Notes: generated by a model from the letters alone, not told the origin. A stretch of DNA of 64,000 nt from Lama guanicoe (GCA_013239625.1 MU054212.1:6422270-6486269); one strand, 5' to 3'; positions 1-12,549 are shown, counted from the stretch's first letter. A program made the numbers and translations.

Positions 1-203
1 AAAGTTATTCGGAGATCTCTCTTGCCCGTTTTCAGAGTTCTCTACCACTGATTAAACACACTGTTAAATCTGAGTGTACACGAGACGGGTCTGTATGCAT
101 GAGTTAGTTTTGCAGATTCTGTAGACTTCTATCTCTACTTCCATCTACGTAAGTAAACAACATGGATGTCAAAGGAAACTGGGTTAAGAACAGGAGGCTT
201 AGG

Positions 204-408
204 GCAAGGGTTGCCAAGTGTCAGAAAGTAAAAATTGTTGGCTTTGTGGGCTACACCATCTGTGGCCCGATGACTCAACTCTGCTAATTTCATGTGCAGA
301 AGCAGCCAGAGACAACATGTGAATAAAGGGTGTGGCTGTTGTCTGGTGAAACTTCATTCACTAAACAGGCAGCCAAGCCAGACCTGGTCCCCGGGCCACA
401 GTTTGCTT
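204..408. mobile_element. MER58A-like hAT-Charlie non-autonomous DNA transposon
   Basis: Motifs GGCTTTGTGGGC, ACTCAACTCTGC and GGGCCACAGTTTGC; similar to the MER58 copy at 49398. Confidence 0.7.
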
Positions 409-1113
409 AGGTAAACTCAGTGCTCTTCGGTGGGGGAACTCAAGTAAAGCAAAATCCAATTTGTGTGATGGTACGTAGTTACATTTCTGAGAAATCTTCT
501 TTACCACTTCCCACCCCAGGGCACTGCCACCTCCCTTTCTCCCACCGGGATAAAATCCCAGTGTTGTCTACTCAATCGATGGTTTTAAAATACACCAATA
601 AACTGCAATGAGGGGGGCAGACTTTCCACTCTTAACACCATCATGACTGTTCTCCGCTCCATGGCTATTTGCCCAGAGTGGGGCAGTGTCCGCAAACTGT
701 GCAGGGACAGGACACACTCATTCGTTCTGAGTCCTTGGCTTCAGGCGACAGGTGCTCACGTAACAAACGATCTGAAATTATGTGGAAAACTTTGTGTATA
801 CGCACGTCTATTTGCAGTTTTCATCAGATCTCCAAAAAGTTAAGGGAGAATAGCTGCTGAAGTTGTTCTACTCAATGCACAAAATACTTCCCAGGACTGA
901 TGCACGTAGTGGGGAGGGGATTATCTGTTAGTGCTGGAGTCTAACCGTCACCATAGGCCCTGATGCTATCTCTTGTGTTCTTTCTTGTCACTTCTGATGG
1001 CACCAACCTACTTGCTTCTGCTTGGTTTCCAAAGCACTTGCTATGTCACACTGTAATCATAAAATACACTATTCCTCAGGTAAGGAAAGGGATCTGACTA
1101 CAAGTGTGGACTT

Positions 1114-1539
1114 TGTGAAGAGTAGGACCCTATGGCGCCTTCCAGGGGACAGACCCTTCCCACGTAACCTCTCTCTAGCTCCTCTCTGAAGTACCCAGAT
1201 AACAGTACCTCATGCATATTTACTGTTTTTTTCAGATGCTAAACCCATCTCCAAGTGGAAGAAATTAACTACTTGATAGCCCCTAGACCTCCTAAGGGTT
1301 GATCACCATCAGCCAATCAGAGAATTGTGCACAGCTGATCACAGACCCTGGGCGGCCCCTCCCACACTTGGCCTTTCAAAATGCTCAGCTGAAACCCTTT
1401 GGGGAGTTCCGGGTTTTCTGGGCGTGAGTTGCGCGTTCTCCTTGCTCGGTCCTGCAATAAAACTTTCTCTGCTCCAGCTCTTGATGTTTTGGTATTTTTT
1501 GGCCTCTGTGTCAGGCACGTGAACTTACGTTCGATACTA
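1114..1539 (+). repeat. 5' LTR of the ERV1-like element
   Basis: Starts TGTGAAGAGTAGGACCC; CCAAT box; AATAAA at about 1457; homologous to 4405-4823. Confidence 0.85.
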
Positions 1540-2222
1540 ATTTTCGCACTGCCAGCTTAGAAGTCTGTGCCTGTGGCAGGCCAACGCTGGCCAGGGACAG
1601 CCCTTTTCCTGGGTCCCCGGGAGCTGCCGGAGCACATTGCACTCTGGGGGGACCGGGAGGGACTCTCCCTGACCGGCATCGGCCGCCCAGGGAAGGAGGC
1701 TGTTTGGAGCCGAGAAACGACTGAAGCTGTGGTCCACATTCGGTGTCGCCTGGAGGTACGTGGCTCCAGCTTGTTTAGGCTGGGGATTCTCTCCGCTCCT
1801 TCTGGGCTCATTCCCTTCTGGGAAGTGAGCCGCTCTGGGCTCACTGCTAGCCACTCTGGGTCCATTCTCTTTCGAGAGCTGGGCCCATCTGTTTGGAGGC
1901 TTCTGTCGGAGAGTGAAATTGAAATTTTTAACATCTCCTCCTCCAACTGCCTTCTCTGCCACTGTAGCTTATTTGTTGTTCGTGTTTCTGTGTGTATCAT
2001 TTTTGGGGTGAGTCACTCCCACACGCACAGGATAGGAAAATTCTACCCACTCCACCTGGGCTCCTTCCCTTCTGGGAGGTGAGCCATTCTGGGCTCACCG
2101 GGAACCACTCTGGGTCCGTTCTCTTTCAGGAGCCAGGCCACGCTGGAGGCCTCCTTCTGGGAGTGGAAGTGGAATTTGTGGGCTACACCTTGTCTGATCT
2201 TTTATTTGTGGGATCATGTTTG

Positions 2223-2224
<2 letters not shown>

Positions 2225-2260
<36 letters not shown>
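2225..2260. repeat. (GT)18 microsatellite in the ERV leader
   Basis: Read directly from the sequence. Confidence 0.97.
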
Positions 2261-2262
<2 letters not shown>

Positions 2263-4404
2263 CTGCACTGGTCAGTTGAGATGTCTTTGAGTAACGCGGC
2301 TTACGTGTGACAACCTAAAGGTGTTTAGGGCTATTATTAAATATGCTTGATGCCACATTGAGATATTTTCATGTAGAAAACATGATGTAGATATTACTGC
2401 TGGGGTTTGTCAATCTACAGAATGTTAATGTAAAAGAGAGCTAATGATGGCGTGCTTCTTGGTTTTCACTAGAAATTAAAATCTTCAAGAGCTGAGGTTA
2501 AGAACTGAGTTGAGGATTCTAATTTAAATACATAATTAAAACTATTAAAAAATAATGAAGGAAACATTTCAGTATACAGCCGGAAAGTAGGATATACGTT
2601 TTGAGTGAAAAAGGGTATGAGGACAGGAATTGCGTTTGTTAAGGGAAAAGAAAGTGATTTGGCCCTAGAGCTGGTTGTTTCTAGGTGGGAAAAAAAAAAA
2701 AATAAGGGACAAACAAATATGAATACAAGTTGTGGAAAGTTTATGGAAAGGGAGCTCGAAGAAAGGAGTTCTGTGCACGATTGGGCTGAGATTAGATTAA
2801 CCTTAATTAGGTAAATGAATTTTGTTATTAAAAGCAGCCTGGTGCAGGACTGGATTTGGTTCCTGTCTGGTAAAGAACACGTTTACTTACAATGCTTCTG
2901 ATAACAGATTATGTGAAACTTTTTTATATTTTTGACCAACTTCCTATCAAACTTTAACTGAAGTTCTTTTGACTTCAGCTAACTTTGGGGTGCTTCAGAG
3001 GGCCCGTGAGGCATCTCAAGAATATTTAACTAGGACTGGTTGGTATGTTAAATGGCACAGGAAGCACTGTCACATGAGTGATAAGCCTCCTTGGGTTGTG
3101 AAGTATGGAAAAATGTCACTGGTGTGGACATTCTGGAAATTGCGTAAAGTTCTTGAAGTTTGGATGTGTCCTGGTGTAATGCTGTCAGTCGTGGTTCTGG
3201 TTTTTATCTTGAGGTGCTGTATGTCACAGCAACTTGATGAAGCTTCTTTGTCAAGAACACTGTGGTCGGATCTTTTGTTTTGCCTTTTTGGGGTCTTTTG
3301 TCATTCATGGACAGTTAAGCTGATGCTCTGCAGGGTTTCCTCATTAACACACCTCTGAGCCTGTTCATGTTATCTGATTAATTTTCCTCTAACATGAATA
3401 ACTAGGCAAAATAAAGGAGGACTGACACCAAGGGACATGATCTGAACCTGCGGCAGAAGCCACCACCCCAGCACTGAGGGATGGATATTTTGATTATCAA
3501 TGCCTTCTATTGAAAGATTTGCAATCCAAAGGGGAGATGATGGGAAAACCTGCCCACACTGAGGTATGGGGAAGGCATTCTGGCTTATACATAGTTTAAC
3601 TTAAACTTTACTGACCCAAGTGGCCTGTATTAAGGCCTTCTGGACATGCATTGTACATCTGCTTTGGCCTTGAGGAGGGGAATGCACTTGAAAGTCTCAA
3701 TAGAGTAGCTGTGGTTCAGACATCCAGGGCAAAACTAGGTGACCACTGTGGACGTGATTTCAGCCATGTTCCCGTGTTGTTGAGAACTTGAATTTTCTGT
3801 GTCCTACTTGGGACACCACCAGCCATTCTCAAAGCAGTGTCTGCTGGCGGATGGCAGCTGCAACCTTGTGACCTCAAGGTCTCTGCTTCTAACTAGTAAA
3901 TTTTTAGACAGTAAAATTGCTTTAGATCAAGTGTCAGGAGAAAAAGATTTGTGTCATGGTCAAGCGCTCCTATTACATATATGCTAATACCACATCAAAA
4001 GTTGTAACCTACTCAGATAAAGGCAGACCACTGGCTACCTGCCTGCAAGTCTCCCCCAAAGTGCCAGGTCTAGCCTGGTTTTCAGGCTTATTCTCCTAAA
4101 GTCCTCAGTGAATGAGATCCTAATCATACAAGACTTGGATCCAGAACTTCAAACTCGGAAATATTTCCGACTTCGTGTCCATCGCCCAGATCGAGGTAGG
4201 ACTATGCCCCTTTTCAGCACAAAGTAGCCAGAGCAGTCGCAGTCCCATTCTCTGAAAGATCTGGGGAAGGATGAAAAAGGATTGGAGACTGAAACCGAGT
4301 TCCTCCGTTGAGCTTGTAATTAACCTCTCTGTCCAAAACATCACTGCCCTTATTGTCCAACACCTGTTCTCAAGACTGAGGTGCATCTGATTAAAGAGGG
4401 TGGT

Positions 4405-4823
4405 TGTAACTGAGCAGGACCCTAAAGGGGTCTCTGCTGTAGCTCCTCTCTGAAGTACCCAGAGAATAGTACCCCATGCATATTTCCTGAGTTTTTAGAT
4501 GCTAAAACCACCACCAAATGGAAGACATTAACTACTTTATGTTCATGAGCACCTAGCCCACGGACCTTCTGGCACCTAAGGATTGATCACCATCAACCAA
4601 TCAGAGAATTGTGCCAGCTGACCACAGACCCGGGGACACCTCCCCATCATGGGGCCTTGAAGATGCTCAGCCGAAACCCCTCGGGGAGTCTGGGGTTTTC
4701 TGGGTGTGAGCCGCTCATTCTCCTCACTCGGTCCTGCGACAAAGCTTTCTCTGCTCCAAACTCTGACGTTTTGGTATTGTTTGGCCTCACTGTGTTGGAC
4801 ACACGAACCTGCGTTGGGCAACA
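4405..4823 (+). repeat. 3' LTR of the ERV1-like element
   Basis: Starts TGTAACTGAGCAGGACCC after the polypurine tract and ends GGGCAACA. The polyA hexamer is mutated to ACAAAG. Confidence 0.85.
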
Positions 4824-5389
4824 GATGTGTATCAGAAGAAGCGGCTCCCTGGAAAGGCTGGAGTTTCATCAAGTTATACCCCAAGGTAAGTGAAGGCCTT
4901 GACTATACACGTGGGCTCGTGTACAGAAATAGATAAATATGTAAGTATGGACCATGGAAGGCAGTTAAGGAACAAGCATTTTAAATGCCAAGAAGGAAAA
5001 ATGAAGACAGTTCTTCGCTTTTCCACGTCACCTTCTACCCTGAGTCTGTCTCGTTGGGGGGAGATGGGAGTAGAAAGAGAACAAACATTTGAAATAGAAA
5101 ACCTGTCTCAGTCGGTAATTCCCAGGGTCCAGTTTAGTTCTGTCCTCTACCAGCAGTTCTCTGGGGCCCTGTGGTTCTCTTTACTTCAATTAGAGCAACC
5201 GGCCCTATTGTTGCTACCCTGCCTCTTAGTGGTTCAAGTTTTAGTAAAGATGATCAACAGAAGAGTCTCTCACTCAGTAATGTGCAATATGAGTGGCAAA
5301 AAAAAAAGCTTCCTGTTGGCCTGAGACTGGGGAGAGGCAGGGAAGGCACGGGAGGCAGGGCTCTAGAACCCAGCGGGGCTGGCTTCTGA

Positions 5390-5530
5390 CTTTCCAGCTG
5401 TGTGACCTGGAGCGATGATTCCCTTTCTCTCGGCCTTTTGCTCCTTGTAAGCAGCCTTAAGTCAAAGAGCTGCTGTGAAAATTAAATGAAATAATGTACA
5501 TAAAGTATCAAATAATAACCAGCATTATCA
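5390..5530 (+). mobile_element. MIR SINE fragment
   Basis: AGCTGTGTGACCTGG ... TGTGAAAATTAAATGAAATAATGTACATAAAG MIR core. Confidence 0.65.
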
Positions 5531-5679
5531 TTACTCTCAATAAACACTCATTATCGTCCAGGAGTAAACACCAGCGCTTTGCTTATTTGGGGAATAAAGA
5601 ACAGTTGCTTTTAATAGTTTTGTGTCTGTGTCTAGAAGGTAAAAAGGTGTAGCTTCCGTTTTTATTCTTTTCTATTTAC

Positions 5680-5830
5680 TTCATCAAAGTATAGATTTAT
5701 ATTGCTTTACAATGTTGTTAGTTTCTGGTATACAGTATAGTAATTCAGTTGAACACACATATATACTTTTTCAGATTCTTTCCCATTACAGGTTATTACA
5801 GGATATTGAATCTAGTTCCTTGTTGTTTAT
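5680..5830 (-). mobile_element. L1 3'-end fragment
   Basis: TTTACAATGTTGTTAGTTTCTGGTATACAG ... TTTTTCAGATTCTTTCCCATTACAGGTTATTACA, typical of a reversed artiodactyl L1 3' UTR. Confidence 0.75.
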
Positions 5831-6849
5831 TAGTTTTCTTTTTTATTTTGTAACCATTCATGATACAGTGCTAACAAAAGGTGGAAGTTCAGTGAATACC
5901 CGTTCAACTGTGAAGACCAGAATCATCATTTTTACCATCATCGTTAATTCCGCACAATTCCCTTCAAAGAAATCATGGTGACGTGCGTCAAACCAGGTTT
6001 GTTTTTCATTTTCCTGATAAGTGCATCATCTTCAAGGGAGGAGAGTTCATATGCGGTAATTACATATGTCTACTTGGAAAGTTTTAAAAGTTGAGCAACT
6101 TAGGTGTAGACTTCAATGGAGGTCAGGCAGACAGAAGCACAGGACCCTTTTAAGAAAATGGAAAAAAGAAAAAGCATATCTCCTTATGTATTTACCTGGC
6201 CAATGGGGAAAAGTGCTATTAACTACCTCCCTTTGCCAGTAACTGGAGCTATAAAAAGAATACCATTACAGCAAGATTAAGCCCATAACTTTCTGTCTGA
6301 GGCACAACCAGTCAGAAAATTTTATAAAGTATTCTAATTTTCTGAGTACTCAGCAATCTTAGTATCAATCAACTTAAAACCGATCTTCAGCGCAAACTCT
6401 AGAGGCTATCCTTGGCAATACTTCTTCCTCCCTGCTGGGTCAGAAAACTGGCTGAAATCCTACTGCAAAATCTAAATGCAAGTCAGCGACTTTGGAGTCT
6501 GAAAAAGCGAAATTCTGTTTAATTAAGTGATTAATTCAACCTCTATGCCAACAGTTACTTAAAGTTATTGAAAAGTTAAACTGGTTAAAAAAATGCACCT
6601 TAGGGGTGGCAATATTTGGAACCACAAACTTATTAACCTTGATCTTTTTTACCATCAGTAGCCAGGTTCTGTCCCTCCTGATCCATGTTACTCCTGCGGC
6701 CTGTTTTATGACCATTACATTGAAATCTTCCAGTATGATTTCTCTAGCCCTGAACTCTCTCAAGATGCAAGCCAAGATTTCTAATTCCTTCTGAACTGTT
6801 ATTTCCTTTATGTAAATACCTCAATGCAACATATCCACAGATTAGCACA

Positions 6850-7200
6850 AGTCACTGGAGTCACACTCCCTGACTACAGAAAGACAGCACATCTCCACGC
6901 TCTTGGAAGTCGGGTGGAGATGGCCGGGGGATTTGCCACGAACAGTAACAGGGACGTGTGGGGCACCCCTTCTGAGCAGAAGCTTTAAGGGGTCCGTGTG
7001 TGATGTGCTGTCTTCTCTCTCCTGCCTCACTCAGCAGGTGTGGAAGCACAACACGGGCTGCAGTGACGATGAGGACGCAGAGCTGAGCCTCAGCCAACTG
7101 GCGATGAACATGGAGCACAAGGAAGAAATAAGCCTCTGCTGTTTTCCAAATACTGGCATTTTGAAGTTGTTACCACGGCCTCACCTAGTCTACCTGGGAT
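6850..7200 (+). mobile_element. Old MaLR (MLT1-type) LTR relic
   Basis: 3' end GAAATAAGCCTCTGCTGTTTT...TTGTTACCACGGCCTCACCTAGTCTACC resembles MLT1 LTR termini. Confidence 0.5.
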
Positions 7201-7218
7201 CTGCTTCTCCATCTGTGT

Positions 7219-7400
7219 TTTGTTTTGTTTTGTTTTGTTTTTAACATTTTCTTTTTTTTTAAAAAGGGTTTTTTTGGGGGGGGCAAGTAATTGAGTTTAT
7301 TTACTTATTTATTTATTTAATGGGGGTACCGGGGATTGAACCCAGGACCTTGTGCATGCCAGGCACGCGCTTTACCACTCAGCTATGCCCTCCCCCTCCC
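7219..7400 (-). mobile_element. Camelid-type tRNA-derived SINE with tail
   Basis: Reverse complement reads GGGAGGGGAGGGCATAGCTGAGTGGTAAAGCGCGTGCC...GGTCCTGGGTTCAATCCCCGGTACC (A and B boxes). TSD TCTGTGT at 7212-7218 and 7401-7407. Confidence 0.9.
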
Positions 7401-8879
7401 TCTGTGTCCTCGTCTCTGACAGGGAATCAGCACCCACAGCAGCAGCTGCAGTCTCTCAGGAGTGCATCTCTCTTCCTCATCTCCCACACATTCCATCATG
7501 AGCCCTGGAAATCTCACCTTCAAAATATCCCTGAGGGGTCACCCCCTCCTTTACAGCCCTACTTAACCAGCTGTGGATGGAGGCCATCTTCCTCCTTAGT
7601 TATCCCTGCAGCTTCCCCAAATTGTCATTCCACAACTCCAGATTTTTTCTGCTCTAAGTGACTTTCCAAAATGACACCAGAACAATCCTTCTAAAATCTG
7701 AGTGACTGAGCCTTTCCCATAGTGAAAGCTCCCACTGTTCACACTAACAAACGCCGGAGGGGCACTTGTGTAAACAGCACTGTGCCAGGTGCCACAGGAA
7801 CACCGACATGCAAGTGTGACGGGGTGACATGGCCAGATGTAGAATGAGCTGCTTGACACTAGGATTCAGCGAACTATTCAGTCGGTGAGATAACTTACTC
7901 TTAAAATAAAAGCTGGAGTGGATTCAAGTCCCTCTATGAAAACCTGACTCACACCCAAACTCTAACAGGTTTTCCTGAGACAGAACGAGATGGCGTCTGT
8001 CATCAGCTGGGTAAAGACGTGTACGTGGCCCAAGATCTACAGCGAGTCCCTCCAGAGATGGCTACCGATGTGAGTAGCTCACACGTTATTAGGAAAAAAC
8101 TCCTTATTGGTCTGAGAACTGGGGGAAGTAGGCTGCGACACCTTGCTGTAGCTCGTGAAGTTCACCAAAATGTGGGGCCTGACTGGATTCTGCTGCAGCC
8201 GACTCTGCTGCAACACCCTCTGCTATGTGTGTCCTAGGAGGCGGGGGAAGGCTGAGAGCCACCAGTTAAGCACAGGATAAAGGTCCAGCTTTGACATGTG
8301 ACAGCTCTTCCTGCTCTGCTTCCAAGTGCCTCTCGGGTCTCACCTCCCACCACCCCCTGCAAGGCCTCGGTTCAGGATGTTCCTAACCTGACAGGAATAG
8401 CACCCTCCCTCTTGTAAGCCCACCACAACCCTACCCGCTCGTCTAGGACCAGCTCCGGGGTCAATTAACGTGCTTTCTGCGAAACTTGCCTCCAGAGCTC
8501 TGGGCTCTGACCTCCGGGGTGAAGTATTTCCATGCTTGTTACATGACGACAGTTAATTCTCAGTAACTGCCTACCCAGTGAGCCTCTGAGCTCGAGCATC
8601 AGGGCTGCATTTCTCCACCTTCGTGGTCCCAGCACTTGGGACCACGAAGGCACATGGTCCACAGCTGTTCAGTGAACAGCACTGTGAGAACCACGTTCCA
8701 TAATCCCAGTCACCCCATCTTGTACGTCAGGCTAAACTCTATTACTGTGAAAAATCCAGAAAAGGAGGTTATATATTTACAACTTTTAACATTAAAAAAT
8801 TATCTGCCACTGTAACAAAAGGCTAGCAAAATGCGTGTGTGTGTGCGCGCGCGCTTATGTCTGCATGTGTACATACGTG

Positions 8880-9320
8880 TGTAGTAGTGTCCTCTGGCTG
8901 AGGTAATAAATTCCCACAAATTGAGTGGCTTAGAGCAACAAATTTATTCTCTCACAGTTCTGGAGGCCAAAAGTCTAAAATCAAGCTGTCAGCAAGACCG
9001 TGCTTCCTTGGCAGAGCCTAGGGGAGATTCTGTTCCCTGCCTCTTCCAGCTTCTGGCGGGTTCAGGTAAAGCTTGGCTTGTGGCTCGATCACTTGGACCT
9101 CTCCCTCGTCTTCTGTCTGTCTCAAACCTCCCTCTGCCTTTTGCTCACAATGATACTTGTCAGTGGATTCAGAGCCCACTCAGGTAATCCAGGATAATCT
9201 CACCTCAAAACTGTTAATTACATCTGCAAAACCTTCTTTTCCAAATAAGGTAACAAACAGGTTCCAGCGATGTGGACACGGACACATCTTCTGGGGAGCC
9301 ACCGCTCAACCCACTACACT
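8880..9320 (-). mobile_element. MLT1 (MaLR) solo LTR
   Basis: CACAAATTGAGTGGCTTAGAGCAACAAATTTATTCTCTCACAGTTCTGGAGGCCA...ACATCTGCAAAACC...TTCCAAATAAGGTAAC, hallmark of reversed MLT1. Confidence 0.85.
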
Positions 9321-10993
9321 GTGGATGTGAGTGTGTGTGTACTGTGCCAAAGAAGAGTACTTAAACAAAGCTCTACTGAACACTTACCTGTTGCCAAGGT
9401 GACACAGTATGGAAACTGCTGGGTGCTGGAAACACACAATGAGGAACGTGAAAGACAGTCTCTGCCCTATAGAGGTCAGTCTACTGGGGGGATCAAGTTG
9501 TTCTTCTTTTTTTAAGTTGGAAAATGTGAGGGAAAATTATGCCACGGTTATATCTAACAGGGAAACTCACCTGACCTGTTAAGTGTTAAATGTAACCCTG
9601 ATATTTTCTCAATTAGAAATGGATAGTTCAGAGAATATTCCTTAATTGTCAGTTTAGATGATCGTCTACCCCGTACTGGGACATCCACTGAAAGTCCTTG
9701 TTTTACATGCACGCTTTGCACTTTTAAATTATCCGACTGAAAGATAACCCCGTGAAACTACCATAGTTCATATAATTTAGGGCGCCATCACCTGTAATGC
9801 AATCATTAATTTACAACAGCCAAGAAAGAATAAACACTGCTGATTAAACTATGAGACATTATTAATAAGATGCATCCTGATTTCTCAGATATTCAAACCT
9901 CAGAATCAGTGCAATATATTTCTTTCTTTTTTGAAATGTGTTCTCATAACATACCAGGACAAATTAAACAGCTTCTGATTAAATAGTAGAGCCAGATTAT
10001 CAATGGTCTACCAGCAAAACTTTAATGCTGAGTTGGCTTCACCCAGCCTCAGAATATTTTTCACCTACTTTTCCTGAGGTTAATGTATGTAAATAATTCA
10101 GTAAGTCCTAAAATAAGACATACAGTCCTACACTAAGTCTCTTCTAGGCTTGAGAGAATGAGGAGTCAGGAGACTGGGAAAGACTCTGAAACCCTTGGGC
10201 TGAAGCAGGAAGGCATGGCTGCTGGAATTATCACTTCTTTCCACACCCAGAACTTGGTAAAAGGTCAGAAGGTGAAGAACAGTGTGTGTACACCTGTGTG
10301 TGTCCTGGGGGCAGAGCTTGCAAATACTTTGGGGATAAGCTGGAGTATCTGGAGAGCTCTGTGGCAAAGTCATTCAGACAAGATTTCTGATCCATCTGGT
10401 AGACATCTGGGGGTTCTATTAGACCCTGTGAAACATGCAATCGAAAGAGAAGACAGGATACCTGCTCTCGGACGGCTTACAAAGACATTCTTAAAAAGAG
10501 AAGTGATGAAACTTTTAAACATACCCCCGCTCCAACGTCATAAAGTTTCTCGTGGAATGCAGGACTGAGATTTTTGTTGTAGTTCTGCACAAAGGTCACA
10601 CAGGAGAAAAAGTCGCAAAGGATGATCTCTGTAAGAGTTCTCTTCTCACATATTTCTCCTTTTTTTAGGTAGACAGTCTTGGCCATTGAGATATCAGGTC
10701 CACATTTCCCTACGTTTTTCCTAAAAATATTTAATTTTGCTCCTTGTGTGTGAAATTAAGGGGAATCAGGAAGATAGTGCCATCCATGATTTGAGGGGGA
10801 GGTGAGGAAAACTAAGAGAAATTTAAGCCTTTAAAAATGAACAGATGTGGGCCATTATGGGATTTTTAAGCAATAAACACACATATACATTAAGAATAGT
10901 GTGGAACTGTCCAAAAAATAATGGGGTAAATACACTTTCAATTAGGTAAAGTTGAGTGCAACTTGCAAATGCTTCTGACATTCTGAAAGGCAC

Positions 10994-10997
<4 letters not shown>

Positions 10998-11029
<32 letters not shown>
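10998..11029. repeat. (AC)16 microsatellite followed by (TCAC)n
   Basis: Read directly from the sequence. Confidence 0.97.
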
Positions 11030-11033
<4 letters not shown>

Positions 11034-11459
11034 TCACTCACAGCACAGCTTAGTAAAGTATCATTTTAAAACAAATTCTTCCCTGGAGAAAACTTATTGC
11101 CAAAGCATCTGGACTGTGCTTCCAGAAGGCATTTAACAAGTTACTATCATTTCCCAGACTCACCAGGGTAGCACTGGCTTTAAAATGAATTAAAATTTTC
11201 TTTAGAAAAACAAATCTCAGGCCTCCCACAGCAATTGGAACAGAAGAGTAAATCAAGGTGAGGGACAGCTCTAGCCACAACTTCTTTTCTTTGGGGAATA
11301 AAGGATTGTTTTCGGATTTCATTAACCATATATGTTCTTAGATCACAGCCCACGGTAATCCCTGAAAGACAGGTGTGGCTTTAGTGTGTTTTTTCTACTG
11401 TTAAAGAACAAAAATAAATTTGACAAAGATAGTTTAATTTAGTAAGCATACTTCTGAAT

Positions 11460-12540
11460 AAATGGGTTGGCACAGTAACAGTCTAGGAGAAAATTAAAAT
11501 CTTACATCATGTGCAAAAATTAATTCCAGATAGGCTAAAGACTTAAAATTTTTTTCTTTAATCTTTTTAGAATATCTAAGAGAATGCATATACAATCTAG
11601 GAGTCAGGGAGATCTTTCTTAGCCAAGAGCCAAAACACAGGAAAAAGAGACGTATCTGTCCAAGTGAAAAATTAAAACTCTTGAATGGATACACATAATA
11701 TAAACAAAGTCAATAGACAAGGTAAAATACAAATAAGAAAAAAAACTCTATAATATACAAACAGCATCCAGAAATGGGCAAGAATAAGCTGACAACAGAA
11801 AAGCCAGCAAAAGGTATTTTCAATTTGTAGAAGAGCAAGTCTAAATGATAAACAGATAAATAAAAAGGGTGCAAAATCACTAATGTTCAGGGAAATGCAA
11901 ATTAACATAGCAGTAAGAGCTCATTTTGCATCCATTAGGCTGGAAAATATTTCTTTTAAGCGTTATAATATCTAATGGTTGTCACAGATTTGGAGAAATG
12001 GTATTCTCATACATCAGTGAGGGAAATGAGAATGGATACTGACTTTCTGGATAGCATTTTGGCAACTTCTGTTTAATTAGTTCCACTTCTGTGAACCGGG
12101 TTCTCATACTGGGATAGAAGACCCACTTTCCCTAAATCATTTCTTCTGAAAAGACTCAATTTTGGTCCTTGCACTTGAGATTAAGAGAATCAGGAAGACA
12201 ATGCCATCAGATGTTTTGGGGGAGAAGTAATAAAAGACATGTGATAGGAACCACAGACTTGTAATAGAAACAATGAACAAATGAATGACATATGTACACT
12301 GAGGTTTAGTAAACCTTCACGGAGGCCAATAACTAGAAACAAGTTGAATATCAATCAACAGAAGGATGAGTAAATCCATACCATGGAATATTCCATAGCT
12401 ATTAAGAAGAATGAATCTGTTTTATACCAGATGATTTAGAAAGATTCCCAGGAATGACATAAACAAGGAGCCAAGAAGTATATATAATATCCACGTATGT
12501 ATCATATAATCCCATTTTTAGAAAGCAATGACAGAATTCT
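11460..12540 (+). mobile_element. Old L1 (L1M-type) ORF2-end and 3' UTR relic
   Basis: A-rich. Motifs AAAATTAATTCCAGATAGGCTAAAGACTTAAA, CAGGGAAATGCAAATTAA and ATCCATACCATGGAATATT. Confidence 0.75.
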
Positions 12541-12549
12541 ATTTCAGTA

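Larger units (their letters stand above)
1114..4823 (+). mobile_element. Two-LTR non-autonomous ERV1-like provirus with no intact gag/pol/env, antisense to GAREM1
   Basis: Direct repeats at about 1114-1539 and 4405-4823 share TAGCTCCTCTCTGAAGTACCCAGA, CCAATCAGAGAATTGTGC and TTTCTCTGCTCCA. Decayed primer-binding-site-like sequence at about 1544-1562. Polypurine tract AAAGAGGG before the 3' LTR. ERV1-type 3' signature CAGCACAAAGTAGCCAGAGCAGTCG at about 4215. Confidence 0.85.

Noticed and set aside
1537..2279. Overlapping ORFs of 95-171 aa in the ERV leader
   Set aside because: No Gag-like motifs; explained by the GC-rich repetitive leader and the GT repeat.
6903..7244. Protein-like ORF (QQVWKHNTGCSDDEDAELSL...) suggesting a retrocopy
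   Set aside because: The 3' part matches a MaLR LTR terminus and no parent protein is recognised.
10158..10568. 136-aa ATG-initiated ORF antisense to the GAREM1 intron
   Set aside because: No recognisable homology, promoter or splice support; the length is compatible with chance.
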